DNA from: an uncultured delta proteobacterium
GTDB lineage: Bacteria; Desulfobacterota; RBG-13-43-22
Length of the DNA stretch: 64,000 nt
Assembly (NCBI GenBank): GCA_963790475.1
Contig: CAWBOS010000010.1
Span: 1,184,001 to 1,248,000, forward strand
Direction of reading: 5' to 3'
In this document: positions 1 through 9,922 of the stretch, in pieces
Layout: each line of letters opens with the position of its first letter
Numbering within the stretch: position 1 is the first letter of the stretch
Notes under the pieces: generated by a model
The model's input: only the letters and a program-made list of their open reading frames with translations
Told to the model about the DNA's origin: nothing
Databases searched by the model: none
Position numbers and translations under genes: made by a program

Positions 1-1449
1 GCCCAGGGGGCTCCGCTGGAAGGGGAAGTCAAGAAGGAAGAAATTCTTTTCCTGACCAAAACAGGGAAAATAAAATCTCCCATCACTCCTCCCCCGCTCG
101 ATAATCACGGCAATTATGTTGTATCCCTGTCAAGATTGGTGGAATGGCTGGGGCAGAAAGTGGAAGAACAAGGGGTCACCATCTTTCCCGGATTTGCCGG
201 CACGGAGGTCCTTTATGAGGGCGAGAAAGTTATCGGTGTCCGCACCGGAGATAAAGGTATCGATGCCGACGGAAGTCAAAAATCCAATTTTGAACCGGGT
301 ATTGATCTAAAGGCCAAGGTCACTGTTTTTGGAGACGGCTCCAGAGGTAATCTGACTAAGACGCTCATCCAAAAATTCAAGCTGGGTCAGGGTAAAAACG
401 GTCAAGGCTATGAGGTGGGGGTCAAAGAAATCTGGGAGCTGCCGGACGACAAAATCAAGCCGGGGGATGTGATCGAAACCATGGGCTATCCCCTGAAAAC
501 CGATACCTTCGGCGGAGGTTTTATTTATGGGATGCGGGATAACCGGATCGCCATCGGTCTTTTGACCAGTTTGGATTATGCAGACCCGTTTATGGATCCC
601 CATCGTGAGTTCCAAAAATTAAAACTTCATCCTTACATTGCCGGACTATTAAAAGGCGGAAAGATGGTTCAATACGGCGCCAAGACGGTCCCGGTTAGTG
701 GTTTTTTTTCGATGCCCGAGCCTGTTTTCAATGGGGGTATCCTGGTGGGTGATGCCGCCTGCCTCTTTAACGGGATGAAAATCAAAGGGATCCACTATGC
801 CATGAAATCAGGAATGCTGGCCGCTGAAACCATCATGGACTGCCTTATCCAAAATGATTTTTCCCTTGGCCAGCTTAAAAAATACCGCACCCGGCTGGAG
901 AATAGCTATATCCATAAGGACTTACATAAGGTCCGTAATTTCCATCAGGCTTTTCAAAAAGGTTTCTGGCCGGGGATGATCAAAGCCGGTTTCCAGTTTC
1001 TGCTTGGCGGCAGGGTCCTGAAAGACCGAATTGAAGCCGGACCCGATTTTGAGCATATGAAGAAAATAGTCGATTATTATAAAACTCCAACCCCCGACGA
1101 TGACCAAAAAGGGGATATCAAATATGATGGGGTCCAAACCTTTGATAAAGCCAGTGATGTTTATTACGCCGGAGCCACCCATGAAGAGAAACAACCGGCT
1201 CATTTGAAGGTATTGGATCTGAATACCTGTTATAACCGCTGCACCAAGGAATATGGAAACCCATGCGTAAGATTCTGTCCGGCCGGGGTTTATGAAATGG
1301 AAGTTGATGAAAAGACCGGTAAGCAGAAACTGATCGTTAACTTTTCCAACTGTGTCCATTGCAAGACCTGTGATGTGAAAGACCCTTATGAAAATATCAC
1401 CTGGGTGCCTCCGGAAGGCGGCGGCGGCCCCAAATATACTATGACTTAA
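1..1449 (+). CDS. Electron transfer flavoprotein:quinone oxidoreductase (FixC/FixX-like fusion), 5' end outside window
   Basis: Frame open from base 1 (…DNHGNYVVSLSRLVEWLG…); GVKEIW, LVGDAA, KIKGIHYAMKSG motifs; C-terminal 4Fe-4S RFCPAGVYE…NCVHCKTCD…WVPPEGGGGP. Confidence 0.93.
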   Translation, partial: AQGAPLEGEVKKEEILFLTKTGKIKSPITPPPLDNHGNYVVSLSRLVEWLGQKVEEQGVTIFPGFAGTEVLYEGEKVIGVRTGDKGIDADGSQKSNFEPGIDLKAKVTVFGDGSRGNLTKTLIQKFKLGQGKNGQGYEVGVKEIWELPDDKIKPGDVIETMGYPLKTDTFGGGFIYGMRDNRIAIGLLTSLDYADPFMDPHREFQKLKLHPYIAGLLKGGKMVQYGAKTVPVSGFFSMPEPVFNGGILVGDAACLFNGMKIKGIHYAMKSGMLAAETIMDCLIQNDFSLGQLKKYRTRLENSYIHKDLHKVRNFHQAFQKGFWPGMIKAGFQFLLGGRVLKDRIEAGPDFEHMKKIVDYYKTPTPDDDQKGDIKYDGVQTFDKASDVYYAGATHEEKQPAHLKVLDLNTCYNRCTKEYGNPCVRFCPAGVYEMEVDEKTGKQKLIVNFSNCVHCKTCDVKDPYENITWVPPEGGGGPKYTMT

Positions 1450-1504
1450 CATCGAAAGGTTTCGTAAAATGATTTTTTTGTGATTTTAGATATAGCCTAT
1501 TAGT

Positions 1505-1549
1505 AAAAGAAAGCCTGCCCGATTTTGCGATCAGACAGGCTTTCTTTTT
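1505..1549. terminator. Bidirectional intrinsic terminator
   Basis: aaaagaaagcctg…caggctttctttt hairpin between convergent genes. Confidence 0.75.
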
Positions 1550-1624
1550 CAAGGAGCCGGATGATGAATCCGGAGACGTCGCCCGGGAAATACCGGACGA
1601 ATTCAATTGGCCTGATATCTTTTT

Positions 1625-2182
1625 CTAAGCCCAGGTGGCGATAATTTCCGTGTAGGGAGCCCCTTTGGACAACGATTGGGTGATAAGGATCTTCACGTTT
1701 TTACAACCGCTGATTTCCAGGGCCTTTTCCATCCAACCGGCAATACGATTTTCAATCAATGCCGAAGGTTCTGAAAATTTGGTGATGTGCACCACCGCCT
1801 TCCGGTCTTCCTGAGCCACCACCTTCATTTCGCTGGGTTGATAATAGCTGGTAAAAATGGCACTGGCCCTGCGGATCAAAAATTCGGGAGATCCCAATTT
1901 GACGAATATACGATAAACCCCTTTCAAACCCTTTTCGGCGCTGAACCGGCCGCCTTCCCTGGCGCCCTTTAAATCCCCCCGATAGAACAATTCACACATC
2001 TTTCTCGTCGGTTCCACCATGATTTCTTTTATCGGATACCAGTTCCCGGCCAGGATAGCCCCCGCATAGATCCTCCGGGGGTTTTCCGAAAGGGCATTCA
2101 GCCACTGGTTTAACCCTTCTTTTCCAAATTTTCCAAGAATGAATTCGGGAATGGAATTGATGGCCGTACCTTTCACTTCCAT
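1625..2182 (-). CDS. DUF2378/H-NOX-V4R-like small-ligand-binding protein
   Basis: Start re-called at MEVKG behind GGAG RBS; VKG…WYP…GRF.A…P…Y…GW…W pattern typical of DUF2378/V4R-fold proteins. Confidence 0.6.
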   Translation of the reverse strand: MEVKGTAINSIPEFILGKFGKEGLNQWLNALSENPRRIYAGAILAGNWYPIKEIMVEPTRKMCELFYRGDLKGAREGGRFSAEKGLKGVYRIFVKLGSPEFLIRRASAIFTSYYQPSEMKVVAQEDRKAVVHITKFSEPSALIENRIAGWMEKALEISGCKNVKILITQSLSKGAPYTEIIATWA

Positions 2183-2500
2183 AAGGTCTCCCCCTTCCGT
2201 TTTTATTTCCTTTTGGTCTTTTATCGGCACCATTTCTTGTTTTCTTAAGTGCCAATCCAACCTTTTAATATATTCCCGACTTTTTGCGGCCCTTTTGGTC
2301 AAAGGGGAATGCCAAGTCAATCATAATTAACTGTTACCAAGAGATAGTAGGATTGGATCATTTTACCCTTGAAATAAAAGAGGTTTCCTTTTATTCTTTA
2401 GCTAACGATCCAAATGGATTCCCATTGCCTATAACCTGTCTGTCGTCCCTTAGATCGAAAATGTTTATGCCAACCCTATTTTTTTAGCGTGGAAAAGAAC

Positions 2501-4999
2501 ATGGCAAAAAAGACCACTAACGATAATCCGAAAGTAGGGAAATCCTCTTCCCAAGAACCGCCACCTGACAACCAACCGCTGAAAGCTCTGATTGATCTAT
2601 TTTCCGATTGGTACTGGGAACAGGACCCTGAATTCCGCTTCACACGGTTTGAGGGGAGGAACAGCGATATTTTTATCGACGAAAGTCCTCTCGGCAAACG
2701 GCCCTGGGAAACCGGTCTGGAGATCGAAGGCGGATGGGAGACCTATCGGTTATTGCTCAAAACACACCAACCTTTCCGTGAAATCGTCATGCATCGATCA
2801 TTGCCGAAGGGGACGCGGCGCTATCTCCGCATGAGCGGCCTACCGATCTTTGACGACCGGGGCCGATTCCTGGGTTACCGGGGAATCGCTCAGGACTTTA
2901 CCGAACGTAAACTGGCCGAAGAGGCCCTGATCCAGAGTGAGGAGAGATACCGTTCTATTCTGGATAATACCCGGGAAGGCTATTTTGAGGCTGACCTGGC
3001 CGGTAATTTTACCTTTGTTAACGATGCCGAGTGCCACGATCTTGGCTATACCCGGGAAGAATTGATCGGGATGAACTACAAGCAGTATACCGATGAGACC
3101 GAAGGGAAAAAATTGCTGGAGGTCTCCCTTGGGGTTTTTAGAACCGGGGAACAAATCAATGCCTTTGATGGGGAATTTATCAAGAAAGACGGAACGAAAG
3201 GGTTTAACCAAGTTTCGTTATCTCTGATAAAAAACCAAGAAGGCCAACCCATCGGATTCCGCGGTCTTTCCCGGGACATAACCGAACGCAAGAAAATGGA
3301 GGAGACCATCCGTCAATCGGAGGAGAGATATCGGACCATCATCGAAGAAATGAAAGAATGGTATTTTGAAACCGACCTGTCCGGCAATATCATCTTTTTC
3401 AATGAAATCTTTGCCGATGTCTTGGGATATTCCGAAGGCGCCCTGACCGGGCTGAATTTTCGCTCATTATTCAAAAAGGAAGAATCGGACTCTATCTACG
3501 AAATATTTAATCAGGTCTTTAAAACCGGCCAGCCTTCCAGGAACTTTCCTCATGAGTTTATCCAACCGGATGGCACGATGACCTCGGCCGAATTTTCCAT
3601 ATTTCCTAAACGGGACGGGGACGACCGGATAGTGGGATTTCGTGGGGTAGGACATGACATCACCGAACGCAAAATTGCCGAAAAGCGGATTCAATACCTG
3701 GCCACCCACGATGCCCTGACCGACCTGCCCAACCGCATGATGTTCAGCCAGCTTCTGAACCACACCCTTCAGTCTGCCCGGCGTTTCAAACGACAATTCG
3801 CCGTCTTTTTTATCGACCTGGACCGCTTCAAAGTGATCAATGACACCCTGGGACACGAAGCCGGTGATCAATTGTTGCAGGAGATAGCGAAAACATTTAA
3901 AAGGGTGCTGCGGGAAATCGATGTGATCGCCCGTCTGGGAGGAGATGAGTTCGTTATCCTGATTGAAGAAGTCGACGATTTGACGCAAATTACCGGAGTC
4001 GCCCAAAGGGTTCTTTCCGCTGCCATGAAACCCATGGTTATTATGGGTCAGGAATGCCGGATAACGGCCAGCATCGGCATAAGTGTGTACCCCAAGGACG
4101 CGCAAGACGAACAGACGTTAATGAAGAATGCCGATCTGGCCATGTATCTGGCTAAGGAAGAAGGCAAGAATAATTACCAGTTCTACACCCCCAAAATGAA
4201 GTCCCAATCTTTCGAACGGTTGTCTCTGGAGACCAACCTGCGCCACGCTCTGGAGCGTCAGGAGTTCTATTTACATTATCAAGCCAAGCTGGATTTCAAA
4301 ACCGGGGGCATCACCGGGGTCGAAGCCCTGCTGCGTTGGCAGAACCCGGACCTGGGCAACGTGTCGCCCACCCGATTCATCCCGATGGCCGAAGAGACCG
4401 GTCTGATCGTGCCGATCGGCCGCTGGGTGTTAAAGACCGCCTGTTCCCAAAACGTAGCCTGGCAAAGCCAGGGTCTGGCAACGGTTTGTATGGCGGTAAA
4501 TCTTTCTATACGTCAACTCATGGACGATACTCTGGTCCCGGACATCAGGGCTGTCCTCAAAGAATCCGGTCTGGCCCCGAGTCTGTTGGAACTTGAGATT
4601 ACCGAAAGTATGTTGATGCAAGATCCTGAACGGGTAATTAAAATTCTGACCGAAATTAAAAAAATGGGGGTTCGCCTGGCCATCGACGATTTCGGTACCG
4701 GCTATTCCTCACTCGGCCAACTCAAACGCTTTCCAATCGACACCCTCAAGGTGGATCGATCTTTCATCCGCGACCTCTCCAGAAATTCTGAGGACCGGGG
4801 AATCACCGAAGCGATTATTGCCATGGGCAAGACCCTGAGTCTGACCGTTATCGCCGAAGGGGTGGAAACCGAGGAGCAGGAGGCCTTTTTGCGGTCCCAC
4901 GCCTGCGACGAGATGCAGGGGTATTACTTCAGCAAACCCACTCCGCCTGACCAGTTTGCTGAATTGCTGCGAAAACATGTTCCCCCGCTGGTCAGGTAG
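2501..4999 (+). CDS. 3xPAS/PAC-GGDEF-EAL diguanylate cyclase/phosphodiesterase
   Basis: Three PAS/PAC repeats ending DFTERK/DITERK; ARLGGDEF; VEALLRW; IDDFGTGYSS; LKVDRSF. Confidence 0.96.
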   Translation: MAKKTTNDNPKVGKSSSQEPPPDNQPLKALIDLFSDWYWEQDPEFRFTRFEGRNSDIFIDESPLGKRPWETGLEIEGGWETYRLLLKTHQPFREIVMHRSLPKGTRRYLRMSGLPIFDDRGRFLGYRGIAQDFTERKLAEEALIQSEERYRSILDNTREGYFEADLAGNFTFVNDAECHDLGYTREELIGMNYKQYTDETEGKKLLEVSLGVFRTGEQINAFDGEFIKKDGTKGFNQVSLSLIKNQEGQPIGFRGLSRDITERKKMEETIRQSEERYRTIIEEMKEWYFETDLSGNIIFFNEIFADVLGYSEGALTGLNFRSLFKKEESDSIYEIFNQVFKTGQPSRNFPHEFIQPDGTMTSAEFSIFPKRDGDDRIVGFRGVGHDITERKIAEKRIQYLATHDALTDLPNRMMFSQLLNHTLQSARRFKRQFAVFFIDLDRFKVINDTLGHEAGDQLLQEIAKTFKRVLREIDVIARLGGDEFVILIEEVDDLTQITGVAQRVLSAAMKPMVIMGQECRITASIGISVYPKDAQDEQTLMKNADLAMYLAKEEGKNNYQFYTPKMKSQSFERLSLETNLRHALERQEFYLHYQAKLDFKTGGITGVEALLRWQNPDLGNVSPTRFIPMAEETGLIVPIGRWVLKTACSQNVAWQSQGLATVCMAVNLSIRQLMDDTLVPDIRAVLKESGLAPSLLELEITESMLMQDPERVIKILTEIKKMGVRLAIDDFGTGYSSLGQLKRFPIDTLKVDRSFIRDLSRNSEDRGITEAIIAMGKTLSLTVIAEGVETEEQEAFLRSHACDEMQGYYFSKPTPPDQFAELLRKHVPPLVR

Positions 5000-5064
5000 A
5001 AATTTAACGCTATTCAACTAAAACCTTAACCATGTATTTCAAAAAGCAAGTCAGGAGGATAAAA

Positions 5065-6180
5065 ATGTTAAGAACCAAGCTTACGGATTTACTCGGAATC
5101 AAACACCCCATCATTCAAGCCGGCATGGGCCCCTTCAGCAATAACAACCTTTGCGTCGCCGCCAGCAAGGCCGGGGTGCTGGGATTGCTTTCGACCAGCG
5201 GTATTTTTAACAAAACCCAGCAACCCTGGATCTACAATGCCTTTGTGGAGACCGCTGAAGCTACCATGCATGATGATATGCCTACGGTGCTGGAAAAGGT
5301 ATTAAAACGAACTTATCGTCTGACCAAAGACCAGGGGGGCATTTTCGGTATCAATGTCATGGTATCCGCGGAATTAGTGCCTCTTTCGACAATCCTCATC
5401 GACACGGCCATTAGAGTCGTTAATGAAAACCCGGAGATGAAGAATCATTTCAAAGTGATTTTTACTTCGGCCGGCGACCCCGTTCCCTGGGGGGAAAAAA
5501 TTAAAGGTGCCGGATTCAAATGGCTGCACGTCGTCCCCTCGGTTAAAGGGGCTCTCAGATGCGCTAAAGCCGGGGTAGACTTAATTGTGGCCTCCGGCCA
5601 TGAAGGCGGATTTCATACTTCCTGGGAACCGGTCCATTCCATGACTTTATTGCCCTCCGTGGTCGAGGCCCTGTCAGGAACGAATATCCCGGTGGCCGGC
5701 GCCGGCGGGTTCTGCGACGGAAAAACTTTGGCGGCGGCTCTCGCGTTGGGCGCGGCCGGAGCCCAAATGGGGACCCGATTCCTGGCCACTCAGGAGAGCG
5801 ATTTCCATCCCCTCTGGAAGGAACAGGTTGTAAAAACCCCGGATAGAGGCACGCTGGTGGCCCGCGGCATGGTGGGGCCGGCCCGTTGGCTGAAAACGCC
5901 TTCAAGTTTGGAGCATCAAAGAAATACCCTGGCCAAATCTCCGTCAATCTATCTGGATACACCGGATGACTATAACACCCCTGGAGCCCAGGAACTGGTC
6001 GCCTATGAAACGGAAGGGATCAAGGCCGTGTGTATGGGCGACCGGGAAAAAGCGATGATGGCCGGAGGGGAATGTGCCCAGAGGGTGGAAGATCTGCCTA
6101 AGGTCCAGGATCTGGTTGACCGGATCATGGGGGAAGCAACGGATATCCTTCAAAATGCACCCAAGTTTGTAATCGCCTAA
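5065..6180 (+). CDS. Nitronate monooxygenase/FabK-family FMN oxidoreductase
   Basis: PIIQAGMG, GHEGGFH, AGGFCDG, AQMGTRF motifs; AGGAGG RBS. Confidence 0.9.
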   Translation: MLRTKLTDLLGIKHPIIQAGMGPFSNNNLCVAASKAGVLGLLSTSGIFNKTQQPWIYNAFVETAEATMHDDMPTVLEKVLKRTYRLTKDQGGIFGINVMVSAELVPLSTILIDTAIRVVNENPEMKNHFKVIFTSAGDPVPWGEKIKGAGFKWLHVVPSVKGALRCAKAGVDLIVASGHEGGFHTSWEPVHSMTLLPSVVEALSGTNIPVAGAGGFCDGKTLAAALALGAAGAQMGTRFLATQESDFHPLWKEQVVKTPDRGTLVARGMVGPARWLKTPSSLEHQRNTLAKSPSIYLDTPDDYNTPGAQELVAYETEGIKAVCMGDREKAMMAGGECAQRVEDLPKVQDLVDRIMGEATDILQNAPKFVIA

Positions 6181-6245
6181 TTTTTTCGGGAATCCTCCGG
6201 CCGTGCCGGGGGATTCCCTGGTTTAAATGGGAAGGGACTTAAGAT

Positions 6246-7061
6246 ATGTCGGATTACCAACAGATCATTTACCAAAAGCAGGATGCGGTTGCCCGGGTGA
6301 GAATGAATCGGCCGCGCTTTCGAAATGCGCAATCCAGGATGTTGCTGGAAGAACTGGACGCGGCTTTTAAGGAAGCCGTTGCTGATAATGATATTCGGGT
6401 GATCATTCTGTCGGGCGAAGGAGATCATTTCAGCTCGGGCCACGACCTGGGCACCCCCGAACAAAAGGAAGACGAAGCCCGGAGGCCCTACCCTTCCGGG
6501 ATTTTGGGGCAGTATCAGAAGCAATGGGGGCAATTTCATGATATGGGCATCCGCTGGCGGGACCTGCCGAAACCGACCATAGCCGAGGTCCATGGATACT
6601 GTATTTTCGGAGGCTGGCTTATTGCCTCGGCCATGGACATTATTGTCGCCGCGGAGGATGCCCTGTTTCTTCCCTCTTTACTCCAGTACTTCAGTGTGCC
6701 CTGGGACATCGGGGTAAGGAAGGCCAAAGAAATTCTTTTTCAGACACGATTTGTCACCGCTCGGGAAGCCGGTGAACTTGGTTTTGTCAATGCCGTTGTT
6801 CCGAGGGACAAACTTAAATCGGAAACTCAAAGATTGGCCGAACGGATTGCCGAATCGGATCCTATCTTTACCCGCCTGGCGAAACTCTCGATCAACCAGG
6901 TTCAGGATGCCGCCGGATTTCGCGTCGCCGCACAATCGGCCTTTTCCAACTACATGATTTTTCATCAGGCCGGGTTGGTCCGGACCGAAAAGGAAAAACA
7001 GGAAGGAAAACGCAGTCTTTCCCGGGTGGATCGGGCTCTCCGGCACCTCAAAGGTGCGTAA
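6246..7061 (+). CDS. Enoyl-CoA hydratase/crotonase family protein
   Basis: MNRP…RNA, FSSGHDL, PKPTIAEVHGYCIFGG. Confidence 0.92.
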   Translation: MSDYQQIIYQKQDAVARVRMNRPRFRNAQSRMLLEELDAAFKEAVADNDIRVIILSGEGDHFSSGHDLGTPEQKEDEARRPYPSGILGQYQKQWGQFHDMGIRWRDLPKPTIAEVHGYCIFGGWLIASAMDIIVAAEDALFLPSLLQYFSVPWDIGVRKAKEILFQTRFVTAREAGELGFVNAVVPRDKLKSETQRLAERIAESDPIFTRLAKLSINQVQDAAGFRVAAQSAFSNYMIFHQAGLVRTEKEKQEGKRSLSRVDRALRHLKGA

Positions 7062-7140
7062 TTAGGATAAGTGAATAGACTCTCTTGTTATTTTGACTTA
7101 TAATAGCAAAGATCCCAATAAAGCTGAGGAGATCCTCCAG

Positions 7141-8091
7141 ATGTTCAATATCTTTATAGACGGCCGGGAAGGAACGACGGGATTACAAATCCACGAAAGA
7201 CTCAAATCCAGAACCGATATCAACCTTCTTGAGATACCGGAACAGGATCGCAAGAATCCGCAGGTCAAAAAACGTTTATTAAACGGAGCGGATGCGGTGC
7301 TCCTTTGCCTTCCCGATGAGGCCTCCCGAGAATCCGTTACCCTGATTGAAAATGAGAAAACCAAGGTGATCGATTCCAGTACGGCCTTTCGGACCGCTGA
7401 AGGATGGACCTACGGCATTCCGGAATTGAACCGGCAACAACGGGACTTGATCAAAAAAACAAAACGCCTGACTAATCCGGGGTGTCACGCCACCGGTTTC
7501 ATCATGGCCCTTTATCCGCTGATTCAGGAGCGGATCGTGCCCCTGGATTATCCGGTGTTCGCCCAGTCGCTAACCGGCTACAGCGGCGGCGGGAAAAAAT
7601 TGATTGCCCTCTATGAGTCGGGAGAAACCCCGGAAGTGCAACTTAAAGGACCCCGGCACTATGCCTTGAATCTCAATCATAAACATCTGGCGGAAATGCA
7701 AAAGGTCACCGGGCTGCAATATCCGCCCTTATTCACACCGATTGTCGGCCAGTATTATCAGGGGATGGTGGTTTCCATCCCCCTGCTGTCCCGAATGATT
7801 CCCAAAAGGATGACTGCCCGGAATATTCGGGAGATTTTGGCCGATTATTATCAATCGGAACCTTTTGTCCGGGTGGTCCCTTTCGGTGACAATACTTATT
7901 TGGACAATGGTTTTCTCATACCCACGGAATGCAATCAGACCAACCGAATCGACCTGTTTGTCTTCGGCAATGATGAGCAGATTCTGGTGGCTGCCCGATT
8001 GGACAACCTGGGTAAAGGGGCCTCCGGAGCAGCGGTTCAGAACATGAATATTATGCTCGGGGTTGAGGAAGGGACCGGATTGTCAAGTTAA
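7141..8091 (+). CDS. argC: N-acetyl-gamma-glutamyl-phosphate reductase (type 2)
   Basis: IFIDGREGTTGLQI, NPGCHATG, TGYSGGGK, LDNLGKGASGAAVQNMN. Confidence 0.96.
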   Translation: MFNIFIDGREGTTGLQIHERLKSRTDINLLEIPEQDRKNPQVKKRLLNGADAVLLCLPDEASRESVTLIENEKTKVIDSSTAFRTAEGWTYGIPELNRQQRDLIKKTKRLTNPGCHATGFIMALYPLIQERIVPLDYPVFAQSLTGYSGGGKKLIALYESGETPEVQLKGPRHYALNLNHKHLAEMQKVTGLQYPPLFTPIVGQYYQGMVVSIPLLSRMIPKRMTARNIREILADYYQSEPFVRVVPFGDNTYLDNGFLIPTECNQTNRIDLFVFGNDEQILVAARLDNLGKGASGAAVQNMNIMLGVEEGTGLSS

Positions 8092-8142
8092 GAACAGACC
8101 TGGTTTAAATTTTAATTTTGAGATAAAAGAATCTGAGAGTAT

Positions 8143-8216
8143 CCAAATTCAAATTCAAGTTCGGAGTTGGGAGTTCGGAGTTAGAGTTTCAACTCGGAAC
8201 TAATCACTCCGAACTG
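8143..8216. repeat. Inverted array of ~7-bp repeats (gttcgga/gagtt…aactc/ctccgaac)
   Basis: agttcggagttgggagttcggagttagagtt followed by complementary aactcggaactaatcactccgaact. Confidence 0.7.
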
Positions 8217-8284
8217 ACTGAGACAGTTAATCCCCTTCAATCCTCTTTCAATCTACAGGGCTTCCCCAAAAAGAAATGACTTTT

Positions 8285-8866
8285 TCACCGGACCCTCCGA
8301 GGGCGGCGGCGAAAATGAGGTAAGGGCGAGCCAAAAAGAAAGGCCTGATAGATATCTCCGATCGCCTTATCCGCCCCATTCATCGTGCCGACTACTACCA
8401 ACCGGGCCAGACCATCGATAAATTCATCAAATGATTGACGGCCATGAAAATGGTCTTCGTGGATATGTTTATAGATATGATGGGTCCTGAATTCTTCAAA
8501 CGATTCCCGATGAAGCCTGTTCTGCAGAACCTCGTCAAAAGGTTGGGGCCAAAAGTAGACGGCATAGAGGCGTTTCTCCGGCAGGGACCGGTAACGGAGT
8601 AAGGCCCCCTGGATCTCTTCCAGAATTTCATCGACCCCGTTTTCTGCGCCTATGGCCACCCCTTCGGCCAGGTGACGGACAAAGGTTTCATAGCTGTCGA
8701 ATCGATCGGAATAAACCCCTTGATAAATCCCGGAAAAGGCCTTGGCTCCTTGAATGACAGCCTCAAAGGCTTGCTTTAGATCAGTCTTGATGACCCACTT
8801 GTATTCCTCGGGCCAATACCTTTCCGCCGCCGCATCCTCTTCATCGGTGTCCGGCATATCGTGCAT
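8285..8866 (-). CDS. Hypothetical protein made of two tandem ~90-aa repeats
   Basis: WP…F…LA..V..G..NG.D…I..A.L….LP occurs twice. Confidence 0.7.
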   Translation of the reverse strand: MHDMPDTDEEDAAAERYWPEEYKWVIKTDLKQAFEAVIQGAKAFSGIYQGVYSDRFDSYETFVRHLAEGVAIGAENGVDEILEEIQGALLRYRSLPEKRLYAVYFWPQPFDEVLQNRLHRESFEEFRTHHIYKHIHEDHFHGRQSFDEFIDGLARLVVVGTMNGADKAIGDIYQAFLFGSPLPHFRRRPRRVR

Positions 8867-8912
8867 TATAATTTCGGGTCCTCAGGCCAACAAAAAGGTT
8901 CAAGGTACGAGG

Positions 8913-9071
8913 TTGATGAGTTCGTAAAAAGTTGTCACCCCGGTAAAAGCCGGGGTCCAGGAAATTACAATCAGTTAATAAGACTGGATTCCGGCTGGAG
9001 TCTATCCCGCACTTGATGCGGGATCGGAATAACTCACAGTGGCTGATTTTTACTTTTTACGAAATTCTCAA
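8913..9071. repeat. MITE-like palindromic intergenic element
   Basis: Outer IR ttgatgagttcgtaaaaagt…actttttacgaaattctcaa around core gtcaccccggtaaaagccggggtccag…ctggattccggc…cggaataac. Confidence 0.75.
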
Positions 9072-9163
9072 GGTTAATGATTAAAAAGAACTACAGGCTG
9101 TTTACTTGGCCCTGATTTTCTCACTCACTCTTTTTCTCCAAAACTCTTCACTCCGAACTGCAT

Positions 9164-9922
9164 TCAAGGTCCGCCTTTGACCTTAATCACTTGACCGGAA
9201 ACATAGCCGGATTCATCCGAGGCCAGAAACAAGGCGACGCTGCTTACATCTTCCACCGTTCCCAGTCGCCGCAAAGGAATATGGGCCAGGGCGGCTTTCT
9301 TGAAGTCCTCCAGGAACATCCCCTCAACCTTGATGCTTTCCCTGGTCATCCGGGTCTGAAGAAAGTCCGGGGCGATGCAGTTGACATTGATATTATAGCC
9401 GCCCAGTTCTATAGCCAGGGATTGGGTGAGTCCCATCAAACCGGCATTGGCCGTGCTATAATTGAGGGTGCCGGGTTTTCCCAGTCCGGGAGGAACCGGA
9501 GAGGCAATGACAATGATCTTCCCGTACTTCTTTTCCACCATATATTTCCGAACTGCTTTGGCGCAGTTGAAACAACCTTTCAACGATACGGCAAGAACTT
9601 TGTCCCACTGGGATTCACTCAGCGAGTGAAGGAAGGCGTCCTGCCTTATACCCGCATTCGATACCAGGATATCCACTTTCCCGTAAGCGGCGGCGGCCTT
9701 GCTGAAGAGGGCCTCCATCGCTTCCGGATCGGTTACGTCGCCCTGGAAAGGGATGGCCCTCATTCCCCTTTCCTTTATCTTTTCGGTGACACTCTCCGCG
9801 GCCATCAGGCTGAGGTCATTGGCCACTACATCGGCGCCTTCCACCGCAAACCTTAAAGCGATCGCCCGTCCGATATCACCGGCGGCCCCGGTAATGACGG
9901 CCACTTTACCTTCGAGTCTCAT
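9164..9922 (-). CDS. Short-chain dehydrogenase/reductase, FabG-like, atypical YxxxN motif
   Basis: TGAAGDIG, SNAGI, NYSTAN, NCIAP, IPLRRLG. Confidence 0.9.
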   Translation of the reverse strand: MRLEGKVAVITGAAGDIGRAIALRFAVEGADVVANDLSLMAAESVTEKIKERGMRAIPFQGDVTDPEAMEALFSKAAAAYGKVDILVSNAGIRQDAFLHSLSESQWDKVLAVSLKGCFNCAKAVRKYMVEKKYGKIIVIASPVPPGLGKPGTLNYSTANAGLMGLTQSLAIELGGYNINVNCIAPDFLQTRMTRESIKVEGMFLEDFKKAALAHIPLRRLGTVEDVSSVALFLASDESGYVSGQVIKVKGGP

